DNA of 63,435 nucleotides, filler included, from Octopus bimaculoides (GCF_001194135.2; 9 parts of 8 records of this genome joined end to end with filler, not necessarily neighbours in it); one strand, 5' to 3'; shown: positions 36,985 through 48,549, counted from the first letter of the whole stretch. Translations and numbers: made by a program. Notes: generated by a model from the sequence alone, not told the origin.

Positions 36985-37121
36985 NNNNNNNNNNNNNNNN
37001 NNNNNNNNNNNNNNNNNNNNNNNNNNNNTTAATTAATTAANNNNNNNNNNNNNNNNNNNNNNNNNNNNNNNNNNNNNNNNNNNNATATATATATATATAT
37101 ACATATATATACGCACAAACA

Positions 37122-37155
<34 letters not shown>

Positions 37156-37731
37156 ATATGTATATTGTAGCCATATATCAGTGGTTATGCCATATAACTG
37201 GTCAGAATGTTAACATCAGTTTCGTACCGACTATTGCACATTTGAAGATTCTTCAAACAGTGCGCACAGCCTCATTTATGCTGGAAATATACAGACTCAA
37301 TATCAATTTTGTTGTGATAAAAAGGGGTCGAACAAAACTGCAAAAACAAATCTATTATTTTTCAAAGTAAAAGGTGAATTATTTCTCAAGCATTAATGTT
37401 AGACATGAGTATGTGTGTATATAACATGCGTTACTTAAAAAATGGACATGACTACATCACCAAACAACGAAATCATTGTGGGACGTGGCAGTAACTAGTT
37501 TTTAACTGGGGAATGGTGTATCCACTTACAGAGAATTCCAAGCAACACTCATAGATATTATATTTACCTATAATTCAGTTACAACCTGATTCCATTTGAG
37601 AATGAAATCAATTGTAGCAATTTCTATGGTACACCCATATTCAGAAATTCTGACCGATAAGCATTTATTAACATGAACATACTGAGTATGGAAGCATTTT
37701 GTGTATATACGTACGTATGTATTTATATATG

Positions 37732-37765
<34 letters not shown>

Positions 37766-39011
37766 TATATGTATGCATGCATGCATGTATGTGTGTGTGT
37801 ATGTATGTATGTATGTGTGTGTGTGTATGTATGTACGTATTATGTATGTATATCTTAATATATAAATCTGAAGTTGTGTGTCTGTGTGAAGCCTTTTTGA
37901 AAGTTTAAAGAAATCCACATTTTCCACTTTTTCGTAATAATGTTTACATCAATGGAATTTTCTCGGTCTGAACTTTCCAGTGCAGTAATTAGATTTTTTA
38001 AATTCCGTTTACTTTGTGTGATTTAAGGGAGATTTGGCTGTTGTTTCTNNNNNNNNNNNNNNNNNNNNNNNNNNNNNNNNNNNNNNNNNNNNNNNNNNNN
38101 NNNNNNNNNNNNNNNNNNNNNNNNNNNNNNNNNNNNNNNNNNNNNNNNNNNNNNNNNNNNNNNNNNNNNNNNNNNNNNNNNNNNNNNNNNNNNNNNNNNN
38201 NNNNNNNNNNNNNNNNNNNNNNNNNNNNNNNNNNNNNNNNNNNNNNNNNNNNNNNNNNNNNNNNNNNNNNNNNNNNNNNNNNNNNNNNNNNNNNNNNNNN
38301 NNNNNNNNNNNNNNNNNNNNNNNNNNNNNNNNNNNNNNNNNNNNNNNNNNNNNNNNNNNNNNNNNNNNNNNNNNNNNNNNNNNNNNNNNNNNNNNNNNNN
38401 NNNNNNNNNNNNNNNNNNNNNNNNNNNNNNNNNNNNNNNNNNNNNNNNNNNNNNNNNNNNNNNNNNNNNNNNNNNNNNNNNNNNNNNNNNNNNNNNNNNN
38501 NNNNNNNNNNNNNNNNNNNNNNNNNNNNNNNNNNNNNNNNNNNNNNNNNNNNNNNNNNNNNNNNNNNNNNNNNNNNNNNNNNNNNNNNNNNNNNNNNNNN
38601 NNNNNNNNNNNNNNNNNNNNNNNNNNNNNNNNNNNNNNNNNNNNNNNNNNNNNNNNNNNNNNNNNNNNNNNNNNNNNNNNNATTTCAAGCATGTAGGAAT
38701 TTTGAAGGAAACAACTGCAGGTTATTTTTGAGAAGTGTTCCCCACTCGGTGGTGTTTCGGAGCAAGTCGTCCATATTTGTTTCATTTTTCTTTATTATGT
38801 GCTTATGTGCATCCTTAGATTTCTAATGAAGTAATAGGCAGTGAAGAGAAGCAGTCATAAGAAAACTTTTAACTACCCCTATTCCTTTCTCTCCCCCTCT
38901 CTACCTCTTCCTCTCTCGGTCTCTCAAAAGCATACACGTGCAAGTACACAATCATTCAGTAAAATATAACTCATGTTCGTTAATGTTTTGTAAATTTACC
39001 ACGATTTTCAC

Positions 39012-39158
39012 TAGGGTGTTAGGGTTAGGGTCTTAGGGTTAGGGTTAGGGTTTAGGATTAATGTTACGGTTACGGGTTTAGGGTCAGGGGTAGGGTTAGG
39101 GTTAGGGTTTAGGGTTAGTGTTAGGGTTAGTGTTAGGATTAGGTTTAGGATTAGGGTT
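39012..39158 (+). repeat. Degenerate interstitial (TTAGGG)n telomere-like tract
   Basis: TTAGGG units interspersed with TTTAGGG, TTAGTG, TTAGGA, TTACGG and TCAGGG variants. Confidence 0.9.
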
Positions 39159-39521
39159 GGGTAATCGTGCGGGTGTTAATCTGAAAAATTACAGATATGT
39201 GAAAAGTACCGACCCTGCCATCTATTATAACTTTTGTTGTTCTGTTTAATATATACATAGATTATGCCTCCAAAGAAGAGAGTTTGCTGGGGAAAGAAAG
39301 CAACCGGTTTAAAATGACAGCCACAGACTGCAGCNNNNNNNNNNNNNNNNNNNNNNNNNNNNNNNNNNNNNNNNNNNNNNNNNNNNNNNNNNNNNNNNNN
39401 NNNNNNNNNNNNNNNNNNNNNNNNNNNNNNNNNNNNNNNNNNNNNNNNNNNNNNNNNNNNNNNNNNNNNNNNNNNNNNNNNNNNNNNNNNNNNNNNNNNN
39501 NNNNNNNNNNNNNNNNNNNNN

Positions 39522-39897
39522 NCCCAATCTGATAGAATTCTGGCAAAACTGTTTAGCAACAGATCGCCAGCAATTGCTTCATCACAAATTGCCATCCTAG
39601 CTCCTGTGAAAAGGGATTACCCTGCTATGTATAATCAGGGCAGCGCAAAAAGTTGTTTTGCACAAGCATTTCTATAGCCAATTACACGGATGAAATTTAC
39701 ATATGCTTAATAATTTTACGCAAAACAGCCTTCAGACTTTCCCTATTAATTTCATCGTCTTTTGAATTATGAACATATTTACATCATAAGGGTTTTTTCG
39801 TTGTAAGGCTTTCTTTTTTAGTTGATTTTCAGCTAGCAAGACTTATCGTAGATGGCATAATAAGTCACACCCGGACAAGGTCGGGTTATACTGCTAG
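39522..39897 (+). mobile_element. Helitron 3' portion with terminal hairpin and CTAG
   Basis: CCCGGACAAGGTCGGG (39870-39885) followed 8 nt later by CTAG|T. The 5' extent is unknown (gap). Confidence 0.65.
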
Positions 39898-40242
39898 TAT
39901 TATAATAAACGTGAAATTTTGTCTCTCCGTCAGGATGATCTCGGGTTTGAAGATCTGTCCCTTATTTGGTTCTAAATTGTTCAGCATTGAGATCAAGTCT
40001 GGAGGAGGATTTGTTATGTGCTAACAGTTGAAAATTTATATTTTAAAAGAACTCCAAAATTTTGTGAACTTACAAGTTTTTCATTTAAAGCAATACCAAA
40101 CATTTGTGAATTAAAAAAATATTTTCACTTCAGCTCATTTAAAGCTAGATCCAAGTTAGAGTGAGAAGTTTCGTTTTCGTGAGGTTTCGAAGTTCCGCGG
40201 AGTTTGTGAATTAACGCGCTCAGAAGGAAATATTGAAGAACT

Positions 40243-40313
40243 CGAACTTTCGGCCCAAATCGAACTTCCAGTCCAAATCGGACTTCCGGCCGGATCGGAC
40301 TTTCGGCGGAGTC
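40243..40313. repeat. CpG-rich ~18-bp minisatellite x4 inside the Helitron
   Basis: CGAACTTTCGGCCCAAAT / CGAACTTCCAGTCCAAAT / CGGACTTCCGGCCGGAT / CGGACTTTCGGCGGAGTC. Confidence 0.85.
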
Positions 40314-40339
40314 AATTTGTTCAGAGACTTGGATACTGA

Positions 40340-41109
40340 AAGATTTGCAACTCAGCTACTGGATCTGGGAAATCAGATCTGTGATTCAGCAAAACAGTAA
40401 TGGAGACATCACTTTTCCAAATGGCAGTGGGATTTTGGTCAAAATTGTAGAAGAGTTGATTAAGAAGGTTTACCCAAACATTGAACATAATTTTCACGAT
40501 CATGATTGGCTTTGTGAAAGAGCCACACTTGCACCAAAGAATGAAACTGTCCAGGTTGTCAATTGGAAACTTATGCAACCAATCAATATTGAGGAAAATA
40601 ATTATTTTTCAATTGATACTGTTATGGACCCCAATGAGGCTGTGAATTATCCTACTGAGGTTTTTTAACTCTTTGGATCCTCTTGAAATATCTTCTCGCA
40701 AACTGACATTGAAGAAAAATGTCTCATTCACGCTTTTGAGAAATTTGGATCCTCCAAAGTTGTGCAATGGAACAAGACTGATTGTCAGGCAAATACATCC
40801 ACATCTTTAGAAGCAATGATCCTCACTGGACAAGGGAAGGGAGAAAATGTGTTTATTCCAAGAATTCCACTGATTCCAGCTGACATGCCTTTTGAATTCA
40901 ACAGACTTCAATTTCCAGTAAGAGTTAGTTTTGCAATGTCAGTTAACAAGAGTCAAGGACAATCACTAAAAATTGCTGGCCTTCACCTTATACAGCAGTG
41001 CTTTTCCCATTATCAGTTCTATGTTGGTTGTTGCAGAGTTGGAAATCTCTTCATAATCACACCAAATGGTAAATCCAAGCATTTTATTTATCCTGCTGCT
41101 TTTCAGTGA
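40340..41109 (+). pseudogene. Helitron RepHel PIF1-family helicase, C-terminal fragment (frameshifted)
   Basis: WLCERATLAPKN..VN, NYPTEV, LLRNLDPPKLCNGTRLIV, FIPRIPLIP..FEFNRLQFPVRVSFAMSVNKSQGQSL..FSH.Q.YVGC.RV. Confidence 0.92.
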
Positions 41110-41519
41110 TCTCCAAATGTCACAGTGATACAAAATTCTCCCAGATATGCTGGGTGTTAGGGAGCAAGTCATTCTTTTCTAAAAATGTAATCATCTTCCT
41201 CTGACAATACGTTCCATGACTTTGCTAACATGCAGGTTTATAGACAGGTCTATAATTTTATGCTATATCAGCCCCTGAACTGAAAGTCGCTACGGTGATC
41301 TATAGGTCCAAGTATTCTCGTCTAGAGTGTGGACCACGTACTGCAAAAGCTTGGGATTCAAGAACCCACAGTGTCGATACAATTGTAGTGATTAATAATA
41401 TATTCTTATATATTCCATCTTCTGTCTTTCATTTGTTATATACCTAATGATCACTCTGAAAGTGACCGTGTTTTACCTACTGGTAAGCTACCAGGTGTAA
41501 ACCATTCGTTTTATTATCC

Positions 41520-41560
<41 letters not shown>

Positions 41561-42024
41561 TAGTTTTAGGGAAAATAACCAATTTTCAAGAACTCATCGA
41601 TGAAAATCCACTATCACATATAGAAAAATTAATAATTAAAAGCACAATAAATGATATAATATGTATTCTTGAAAATAATATGTATTCTTGTTTTTATACT
41701 ATTCATTTGGTTCTTTATAGATTATTTTAATAGNNNNNNNNNNNNNNNNNNNNNNNNNNNNNNNNNNNNNNNNNNNNTTAATTAATTAANNNNNNNNNNN
41801 NNNNNNNNNNNNNNNNNNNNNNNNNNNNNNNNNTTTTTACATGGCACCATTTTTCCAATCCTGTAAATAATGATAATGGTATTTTTTTATTAGCTTAAAG
41901 TTTATGCCAGTCACCATGCAATGGCTAAGGATAAATTAATAGCTATTTTCCCATAGATTGAAAAAAATGATGAACAGCTTTAATTGATTTTCAAACTTTA
42001 TTAGCTTCTCATCAGAAGTGCTTG

Positions 42025-43075
42025 GTGATTAGGGCTTGATGGTTGAAATGTGAGGGTACTGAGAAATGACAAGCAGATAAGAGAAGTGTTAAGAATGGAG
42101 AAAGATAGTTAGGGAGAAAGATAGCTGAAGGCACAGGAAAAAGGTAAATCAGAGGAAATGTCATGGAAAGAGATAGGGAAGAGGCTCAGCAGAACAATAA
42201 AGGTAACTGGAGGTGGGTGCATAATAGGTCCAATTTTGCTTTCAGCACAAGCAGTGCTATAGACTGAGGTGTGATGGGAGGATGGACATTAGAGGGTGAT
42301 ATGCAAGGAGTGCTTGATAGGGCAGAAAGAATGAAGGTGTAGGATCTTGCACACATCAAAGTGACCAGGTATCACACTATAGGGTTGACACATGGTCACC
42401 TGACATTATGTAAGGGTGAGTAGTAGTAACTGGGAAGAAGATAAAGAAGGTTGTGAAGCGGTGCTAGAGCACCTCAAGGTACAAGAAGGTGAGTCTAATA
42501 GAGGATACAGACCATGAGTGTGATAGTAAAGTAATAGATGGTAAGAGATGGGAGTAGGGGTGAATATAGTGAGTGATAAGAAAAGGTGGAGGTGTAATTG
42601 GTGGGAAATATCCAATGGAGTAGTGGGAGTTAAGATGGGAAATAAGAGTAGTTTAAAAAGGGTAGATTGGAAGATAGAGGAATGATATGCAAGCTATTGG
42701 AACAGTGGTAAGGGAGGTGTAGACATACATAAGGGGACTGCAGTGATTAGGGCTTGATGGTTGAAATGTGAGGGTACTGAGAAATGACAAGCAGATAAAA
42801 GAAGTGTTAAGAATGGAGAAAGATAGTTAGGGAGAAAGATAGCTGAAGGCACAGGAAAAAGGTAATCAGAGGAAATGTCATGGAAAGAGATTGTGAAAAG
42901 AATATGTCATGGAAGAGGCTCATCAGAACAATAAATGTAACTAGAGGTGGGTACATAATAGGTCCAATTTTGCTTTCAGCACAAGCAGTGTGATGGGAGG
43001 ATGGACATTAGAGGGTGATATGCAAGGAGTGTTTGATAGGGCAGAAAGAATGAAGGTGTAGGATCCTGCACATAT
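42025..43075 (-). mobile_element. Degraded retroelement remnant (possibly Penelope-like) containing a ~330-bp direct duplication
   Basis: 42025-42356 and 42743-43075 are near-identical with small indels. Purine-rich + strand, with a motif shared with 1-545. A compositionally similar + strand piece lies at ~49690-49980. Confidence 0.4.
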
Positions 43076-43079
43076 AAGC

Positions 43080-44620
43080 ACAGCAAATTGCCAATCAGCT
43101 CAGTGTTTTCTCATCTCTTTTGCAAAGCTCAGTGTCTTGAGATTGGCTTTCACTACTTCATCTTACATCTCCCTAGTCTCCCTCTTCCACAAGTTCCACC
43201 CACTTGAAGCAATAAGCACTTTTTTTTATGCAGCTGTCAATATGACCAAAGCAGCACAGTCTTCTCTGTTGTACACTAAATCTGATTCCTTTAATTTTTC
43301 TCTCACAGTACACTAGTATTTTACTGCATATGCATACTGAAATTGCATACCAGCTTTATTTCCTTCTAGTTTTCATGTGTTCTCTGCATTCGTGGTCCAC
43401 ATCTCACAAACATGTAGCATTGCTGTTCAAATGCAAGCATCATACAATCTACCTTTCACTCTGAGAGAGAGGTTTTTGTTGCCAATAGAGGTTATAGCAC
43501 TCTGAATTTTTTCCATCCTATTCTTATACAAACAACTATACTTTCAGAACATCCTCCTCCACTGCTAATTAGTTCACCTAGGTAACAGGAACTATCTACT
43601 ACATCCAAGGATCCTACTGAGCATTTGAGGAGATCTTGTGTGTTCTTAGTATTTCTTGTTCCTGCAAATCTGCCCCAACCTTCCTGTGATTCCATCACAC
43701 CTCTTATATGTGTCCCTGGATTGCAATGGCTATATCATGGAATTCCTTTCTTGTAAAGAAGCAGGACCATTTATCTGAGTGGAGTAGAATCCTGTCTGCC
43801 TTTCTGCATATTCTTTTCCTGATTCTATTGCAGATTCCGTTATGAAATCAAGATCATCAGCATATAGTTGCTCCCAAGGGCAGTGAGTCATAAGTTTCTC
43901 TGTTAAGGCCTGGAGGACAATGGTAAATAGGAGAGGACTGTGAACTGAGCCCTGGTGAACTCCTACCTGTACTCTAAATTCATTGCTCTACTCATGGCTA
44001 ACTCTCACCTTGTTAACAGCACTTTTACACATGTTTTGTATGACTTTCACAAGCCATTTATCTACCCCGTAGTTTCCTCAGCAATCATTAGATCACAAGC
44101 AAGGAACTCTGTTGAAAGCTTTCTCCAGGTCAACAAAGACCAAGTATATCGGTTTACTTTTAACTAGATATTTCTCCTGTAGTTGTCTTACTTAGATGGC
44201 ATGAGTAGTACTTCCACCAGAACAAAACTGAACTACAGTTCATCTAATCTATTTTTGCTTCTAGTTAATTGTTTCTCCATAACTTTCATGACCAGGCCCA
44301 ACAATTTCATACAGTTCGTAATTATTTCTCTCTGAAGCATCTATTTTACCCTTGTAAAAGTTGACTGCTATACTGGTCATTGAATGTGATATATTCTTGT
44401 ACAAACTGTTTAACTATATTGTATCCTACTCCAGATATTTTAAGCATCTCAGTGGTAAATCTGGATGCACCAGAGGCTTTCCCTATCTTCATATCCTCAT
44501 GTGCTTTATCTATTATACTGCTGTCAACTAGGATAGCTGGTCCCTCTGTTGGCTCCACACTAGAAAGACTCTCTTTCTCCCAGATATTCTCCGTTAGACA
44601 TGGAGAATATCTGGCAGAAA
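43080..44620 (-). mobile_element. 5'-truncated RTE-clade LINE with RT domain (pseudogene)
   Basis: Minus strand reads MKIGKASGAS..EMLK, VFVDLEKAFNRVP, GVHQGSVHSPLLFTIVLQAL..CPWEQLYADDL (YADD at 43853-43864), VVDSSCYLGELISSGGGCSESIV..IRIGWKKFR, then a C-terminus like 7630-7933. Confidence 0.92.
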
Positions 44621-45719
44621 GAGAGTCTTTCACAATAGCATTTCCAACAACCGTGACAACAGTGACAACAGCAGCAGCAAAAACAACTACAACAATAAAG
44701 AAACAAAACAAAGAAACAATAACAACAATAACAAGTATGTCAACAACAACAGTATCAACAACAGAGACATTATGTCACCATATAACAAAGCTATTTAAAC
44801 TAGAATATCGCTATGAACATAAAACACTTGATAAATAACAGGAAACTCTTTCGTAATTAGATTAAAAATGAAATGTTGTTCATATGTTAGACATGTGTCA
44901 TTGTTGTTGTTGTTTAACAGCCCCCTGCATTGCTGCCTCAGCTGAGCAGCTCTATAATCAAGGACATTCCAGTCGTGACCATCCTCTCTTTCAGCATGTC
45001 TTCTAGATTCGCATTGTCCAATGTATGTTTGTACAAAAGTTTTTTAATAAACCACCCACTCCTCACTTTCAAAGTTACCACAGTGTGATTTTAAGGGAGA
45101 TTTATTTAGAACTTTTAGCAGTTCAAGAGAAGGCCATGGACACCCCCCCACACACACACACAAAAGGGGGGATTGATTCATTAATGGACCCTTCCCTCTA
45201 AATGTTCATTAGGTTCTAGAATAACATGTTATCAATCAGTAAATAAATAAATAAACAAATGAATACATAAAATAAACGAATAGCAAAATTAAAACAAATA
45301 AATAAAATTCTTTCTGGGAGTGTGTGAAATATTTTTCATCATCATCATCATCGTCATCATCACCATCATTGTTGTCGTCACCGTCATTACTGCTGCCATT
45401 GCTATCATTATTGTTTTTCAGAATCATTGATTTCTTTCTTGTTGTCACCATCATCATCATCATCATCACCATCATCATCATCACCATCAACTACCATCAT
45501 CATCAATTTCATCGTCGCCATTATCGTTAATATCCTAAGTGTCATCATAATTCTTGTTGTCATTGTAAATCATCATCAACATCATCATCATCAACATCAC
45601 CANNNNNNNNNNNNNNNNNNNNNNNNNNNNNNNNNNNNNNNNNNNNNNNNNNNNNNNNNNNNNNNNNNNNNNNNNNNNNNNNNNNNNNNNNNNNNNNNNN
45701 NNNNNNNNNNNNNNNNNNN

Positions 45720-45763
<44 letters not shown>

Positions 45764-46015
45764 GTCATCATCATTATAATCATCATCAATAACAACAGCT
45801 GTAGTAGTAGCAGGAACATGAACATAAGATTGCCCCTTCTTTTTTTTTTTTTTATAAATAAAAAACATTTTTTTTAATTATTAGTTTGGAATGTATCATA
45901 TAGAATGGCTAATGTCAAATAATTTCCATAAAGATTAATTCTGTTATGTTGATTAAGACCAGAAGTCGTCAATATTGGTTGACTACCATTTTCTCAATGT
46001 CATTAAATTTTCCCA

Positions 46016-46076
<61 letters not shown>

Positions 46077-46219
46077 TGCTGTTGTTGTTGTCATTGTTGT
46101 TGCTACTGCTGCTGTTGTCACGACTTGATTGGCATATTAGACATATTTCTGGGAAAAAATTAAACCCTAAATTTGCAACAATATGTGTGTGTGTATGTGT
46201 GTGTGTATGTGTGTGTGTT

Positions 46220-46269
<50 letters not shown>

Positions 46270-46319
46270 AATATACATATACATATATATATATATGTCT
46301 GTGTGTGTGTGTATATATA

Positions 46320-46440
46320 GCTGTAGAAACTCTGCCAAATCAGACTGGAGCCTGGTGTTGCCATCCGGTTTCACCAGTCCTCAGTCAAATCGTCCAACCC
46401 ATGCTAGCATGGAAAGCGGACGTTAAACGATGATGATGAT
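46320..46440 (+). mobile_element. RTE-tailed SINE/LINE 3' end
   Basis: GCTGTAGAAACTCTGCCAAATCAGACTGGAGCC..CCCATGCTAGCATGGAAAGCGGACGTTAAACGATGATGATGAT. Confidence 0.85.
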
Positions 46441-46510
46441 ACATATATATATAAGTAGTAATGCAAATAAACACAGTTGTACTCAACACATACATACATA
46501 TATACACATA

Positions 46511-46680
46511 TCATCATCATCATCATCATTTAACAATTTAACATATATTTTCCATGCTGCCATGGGTTAGATGGTTTCATCAGAGGTGGCAAGCTGGAGA
46601 GCAATACCAGGTTTCAGCTTGATTTGGCTTAACTTCTACAGCTGGATGCCTTTCCTAACATCAACCTCCCTAGAGAGTGT
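46511..46680 (-). mobile_element. RTE-tailed SINE/LINE 3' end, opposite orientation
   Basis: (TCA)nTTTAAC..TTTTCCATGCTGCCATGGG..TTCTACAGCTGGATGCCTTTCCTAACATCAACC. Confidence 0.8.
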
Positions 46681-46772
46681 GGTGGGGTTTTTTATATATA
46701 GGCGCATATATCTACATATATTCAGAAAGATAAACGCACATATGCATATATATATATATATATATATATATA

Positions 46773-46930
46773 CCGGAGTAAGCACATGAAATGTGCAACA
46801 AGGTGGAAAAAAGAGTACTCAAATACCAGAGGTAGAGTAATATGCTTTATTTAAAAGCAGCAGAAATATAACAAAAGACTGTTACTCTGAGTTTCACGTT
46901 CCCGTTCATTGGACAGTTTTGTTAGAAATG
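46773..46930 (-). mobile_element. Probable Penelope-type terminal repeat
   Basis: Minus strand ..AATGA-ACG-GGAA-CGT-GAAA-CTC-AGAG..AATAAAGC..TTACTCCGG|(TA)n: a hammerhead-like core, a poly(A) signal, and an end in a TA tract. Family assignment is inference. Confidence 0.5.
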
Positions 46931-47234
46931 GGGAAGGAATAACAATGCAATCAAAAGTAATATAAAATTTAAAACACATGGATCCGTTTGATTGGTCATT
47001 TCAAATAACGGTCATGGATGCGTAATGAACAAAACAAATGAATTTAATATAGATTCATCCTATTTAAAAAAATATCGAAGAAAACCTTAAATAGAAAAAT
47101 GGGCTCAAAATACATATTGTAAATAATTAATTAATTATATTTGGATTAACACATTAAAATCAAATCAAATAAAATAAAATATATCCTGCATTCAAAATAA
47201 AATAAAATACATGTGTATGTATGTATGTTTCCTA

Positions 47235-47450
47235 GCTCTTCTGTGTGACCCCTCCATCCGGCATTCACCATAATAGATTGCTAACCACTACACATTCTTT
47301 TTTTTCTCACCTTGTTCTTTCTGTGTTCCTTTCTGTGGAAGAGCATAGGCTCAAAACATTAAAGACTTTCTCTATTCCCGAGCATTATACTAATACATCT
47401 GTTTGTTGTCTACACCACCTGTCTTCGTCTTTTGCTTTTTTTAGAATTCT

Positions 47451-47455
<5 letters not shown>
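47235..47455 (+). mobile_element. Probable Penelope-type terminal repeat
   Basis: Contains a hammerhead-like motif and ends TACACCACCTGTCTTCGTC..TTCTCCC|(TA)n, like 17305-17357. Confidence 0.55.
47329..47364 (+). ncRNA. Decayed minimal hammerhead ribozyme-like motif
   Basis: CTTT-CTGTGGA-A-GAGC-ATAG-GCTC-AAAAC-ATT-AAAG: stem I CTTT/AAAG and stem II GAGC/GCTC are present. The core deviates from CUGAUGA and GAAAC-GUH, so it is probably inactive. Confidence 0.45.
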
Positions 47456-47492
<37 letters not shown>

Positions 47493-47680
47493 CATAAAAA
47501 TACAGAATACATGATTTCTTAACTTTAAAGCTGTTTCAGGAAACTCGGGCATATGTAATAATCCTAATATTCATAATTTACAGATGGAATGTGCAAAATA
47601 TCTTGGGTATACAACCAGTAAACAGTCGCACAGAGACATTGCAATAAGTTCAGTTTCCCTCACCTGAGGCACATTTTTTA

Positions 47681-48090
47681 GATGCAGGCATGGTTGTGTG
47701 GTAAGAAGCTTGCTTTCCAACCACATGGTTCTAGGTTCACTTGCCCGAGGTGCCACACAGTGGCACCTAGGGCAAGTGTCTTCTGCTATAGCTTTGGGCC
47801 AACCAAAACCTTGTGAGTGGTTTTGGTAAACGAAAACTGAAAGAGGCCCATCATATATATGTATATATAAGTATATGTTTGTGTGTCTATGTTTGTCTCA
47901 CCACCATCGCTTGTCAACTGATGCTGGTGAGTTTACATCCCTGTAACTTAGCAATTTGGCAAAAAGATACCAGTAAATTAAGTACTAGGCTTACAAAGAA
48001 TAAGTCCTGGGGTCAATTTGTTCAACTAAAGGCGGTGCTCCAGCATGGCCACAGTCAAATGACTGGAACAAGTAAAAGAATAAAAGAAAA
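47681..48090 (+). mobile_element. Full-length SINE family A with internal inverted duplication
   Basis: Colinear with 3721-4117 except for extra sequence at 47738-47760. Confidence 0.88.
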
Positions 48091-48132
48091 TATGTGTTTT
48101 TGTAAATATGCATATATGTATATGTATTCATA

Positions 48133-48549
48133 TAAACAACAGTAGCATCATCCTCTATGGGATTGCCATATTTAGGTGGCAAATATACTTCACAATTCCG
48201 TGCTGCTACTGTTCACTTCTCACTCAGAGATTTAATATTCTTTGTTTCTCCTTTTTCAAGATCAGAACAGTTTGTCACTGGAAAAAGCATATAATATTTT
48301 GCGTTTGCAAAGAGTTCTCATCACTAGCCAGTGATTATCACACATTGATGATGGGTTACTAATCAGAAATCCGGGTCTATGTGTATCACGTAAGGCTAGA
48401 GATGGGAACGATGCTTTCCCTTCGCAAATACTTATCAGGCACAGACAGTGTGTCATTAGCCAGCTAGGGGAGATGTCCTCCTGGAGCTGTAAACAACAGT
48501 AGCATCATCCTCTATGGGACTGCTACATTTAGATGGCAAATATACTTCA
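48133..48549. repeat. 60-bp direct repeat (48133-48192 and 48490-48549)
   Basis: TAAACAACAGTAGCATCATCCTCTATGGGA(T/C)TGC..ATTTAG(G/A)TGGCAAATATACTTCA occurs twice with ~5 mismatches. Confidence 0.9.

Larger units (their letters stand above)
39898..41169 (+). mobile_element. Internally deleted Helitron carrying a PIF1 helicase C-terminal remnant
   Basis: Begins directly after the previous CTAG and contains helicase motifs. Ends with the hairpin CCCAG-ATATG-CTGGG (41140-41154) and a degenerate GCAAGT (for GCTAGT). Confidence 0.8.

Noticed and set aside
39012-39158. Interpretation as a true telomere or end-to-end fusion site
   Set aside because: The tract is short, degenerate, internal and single-orientation.
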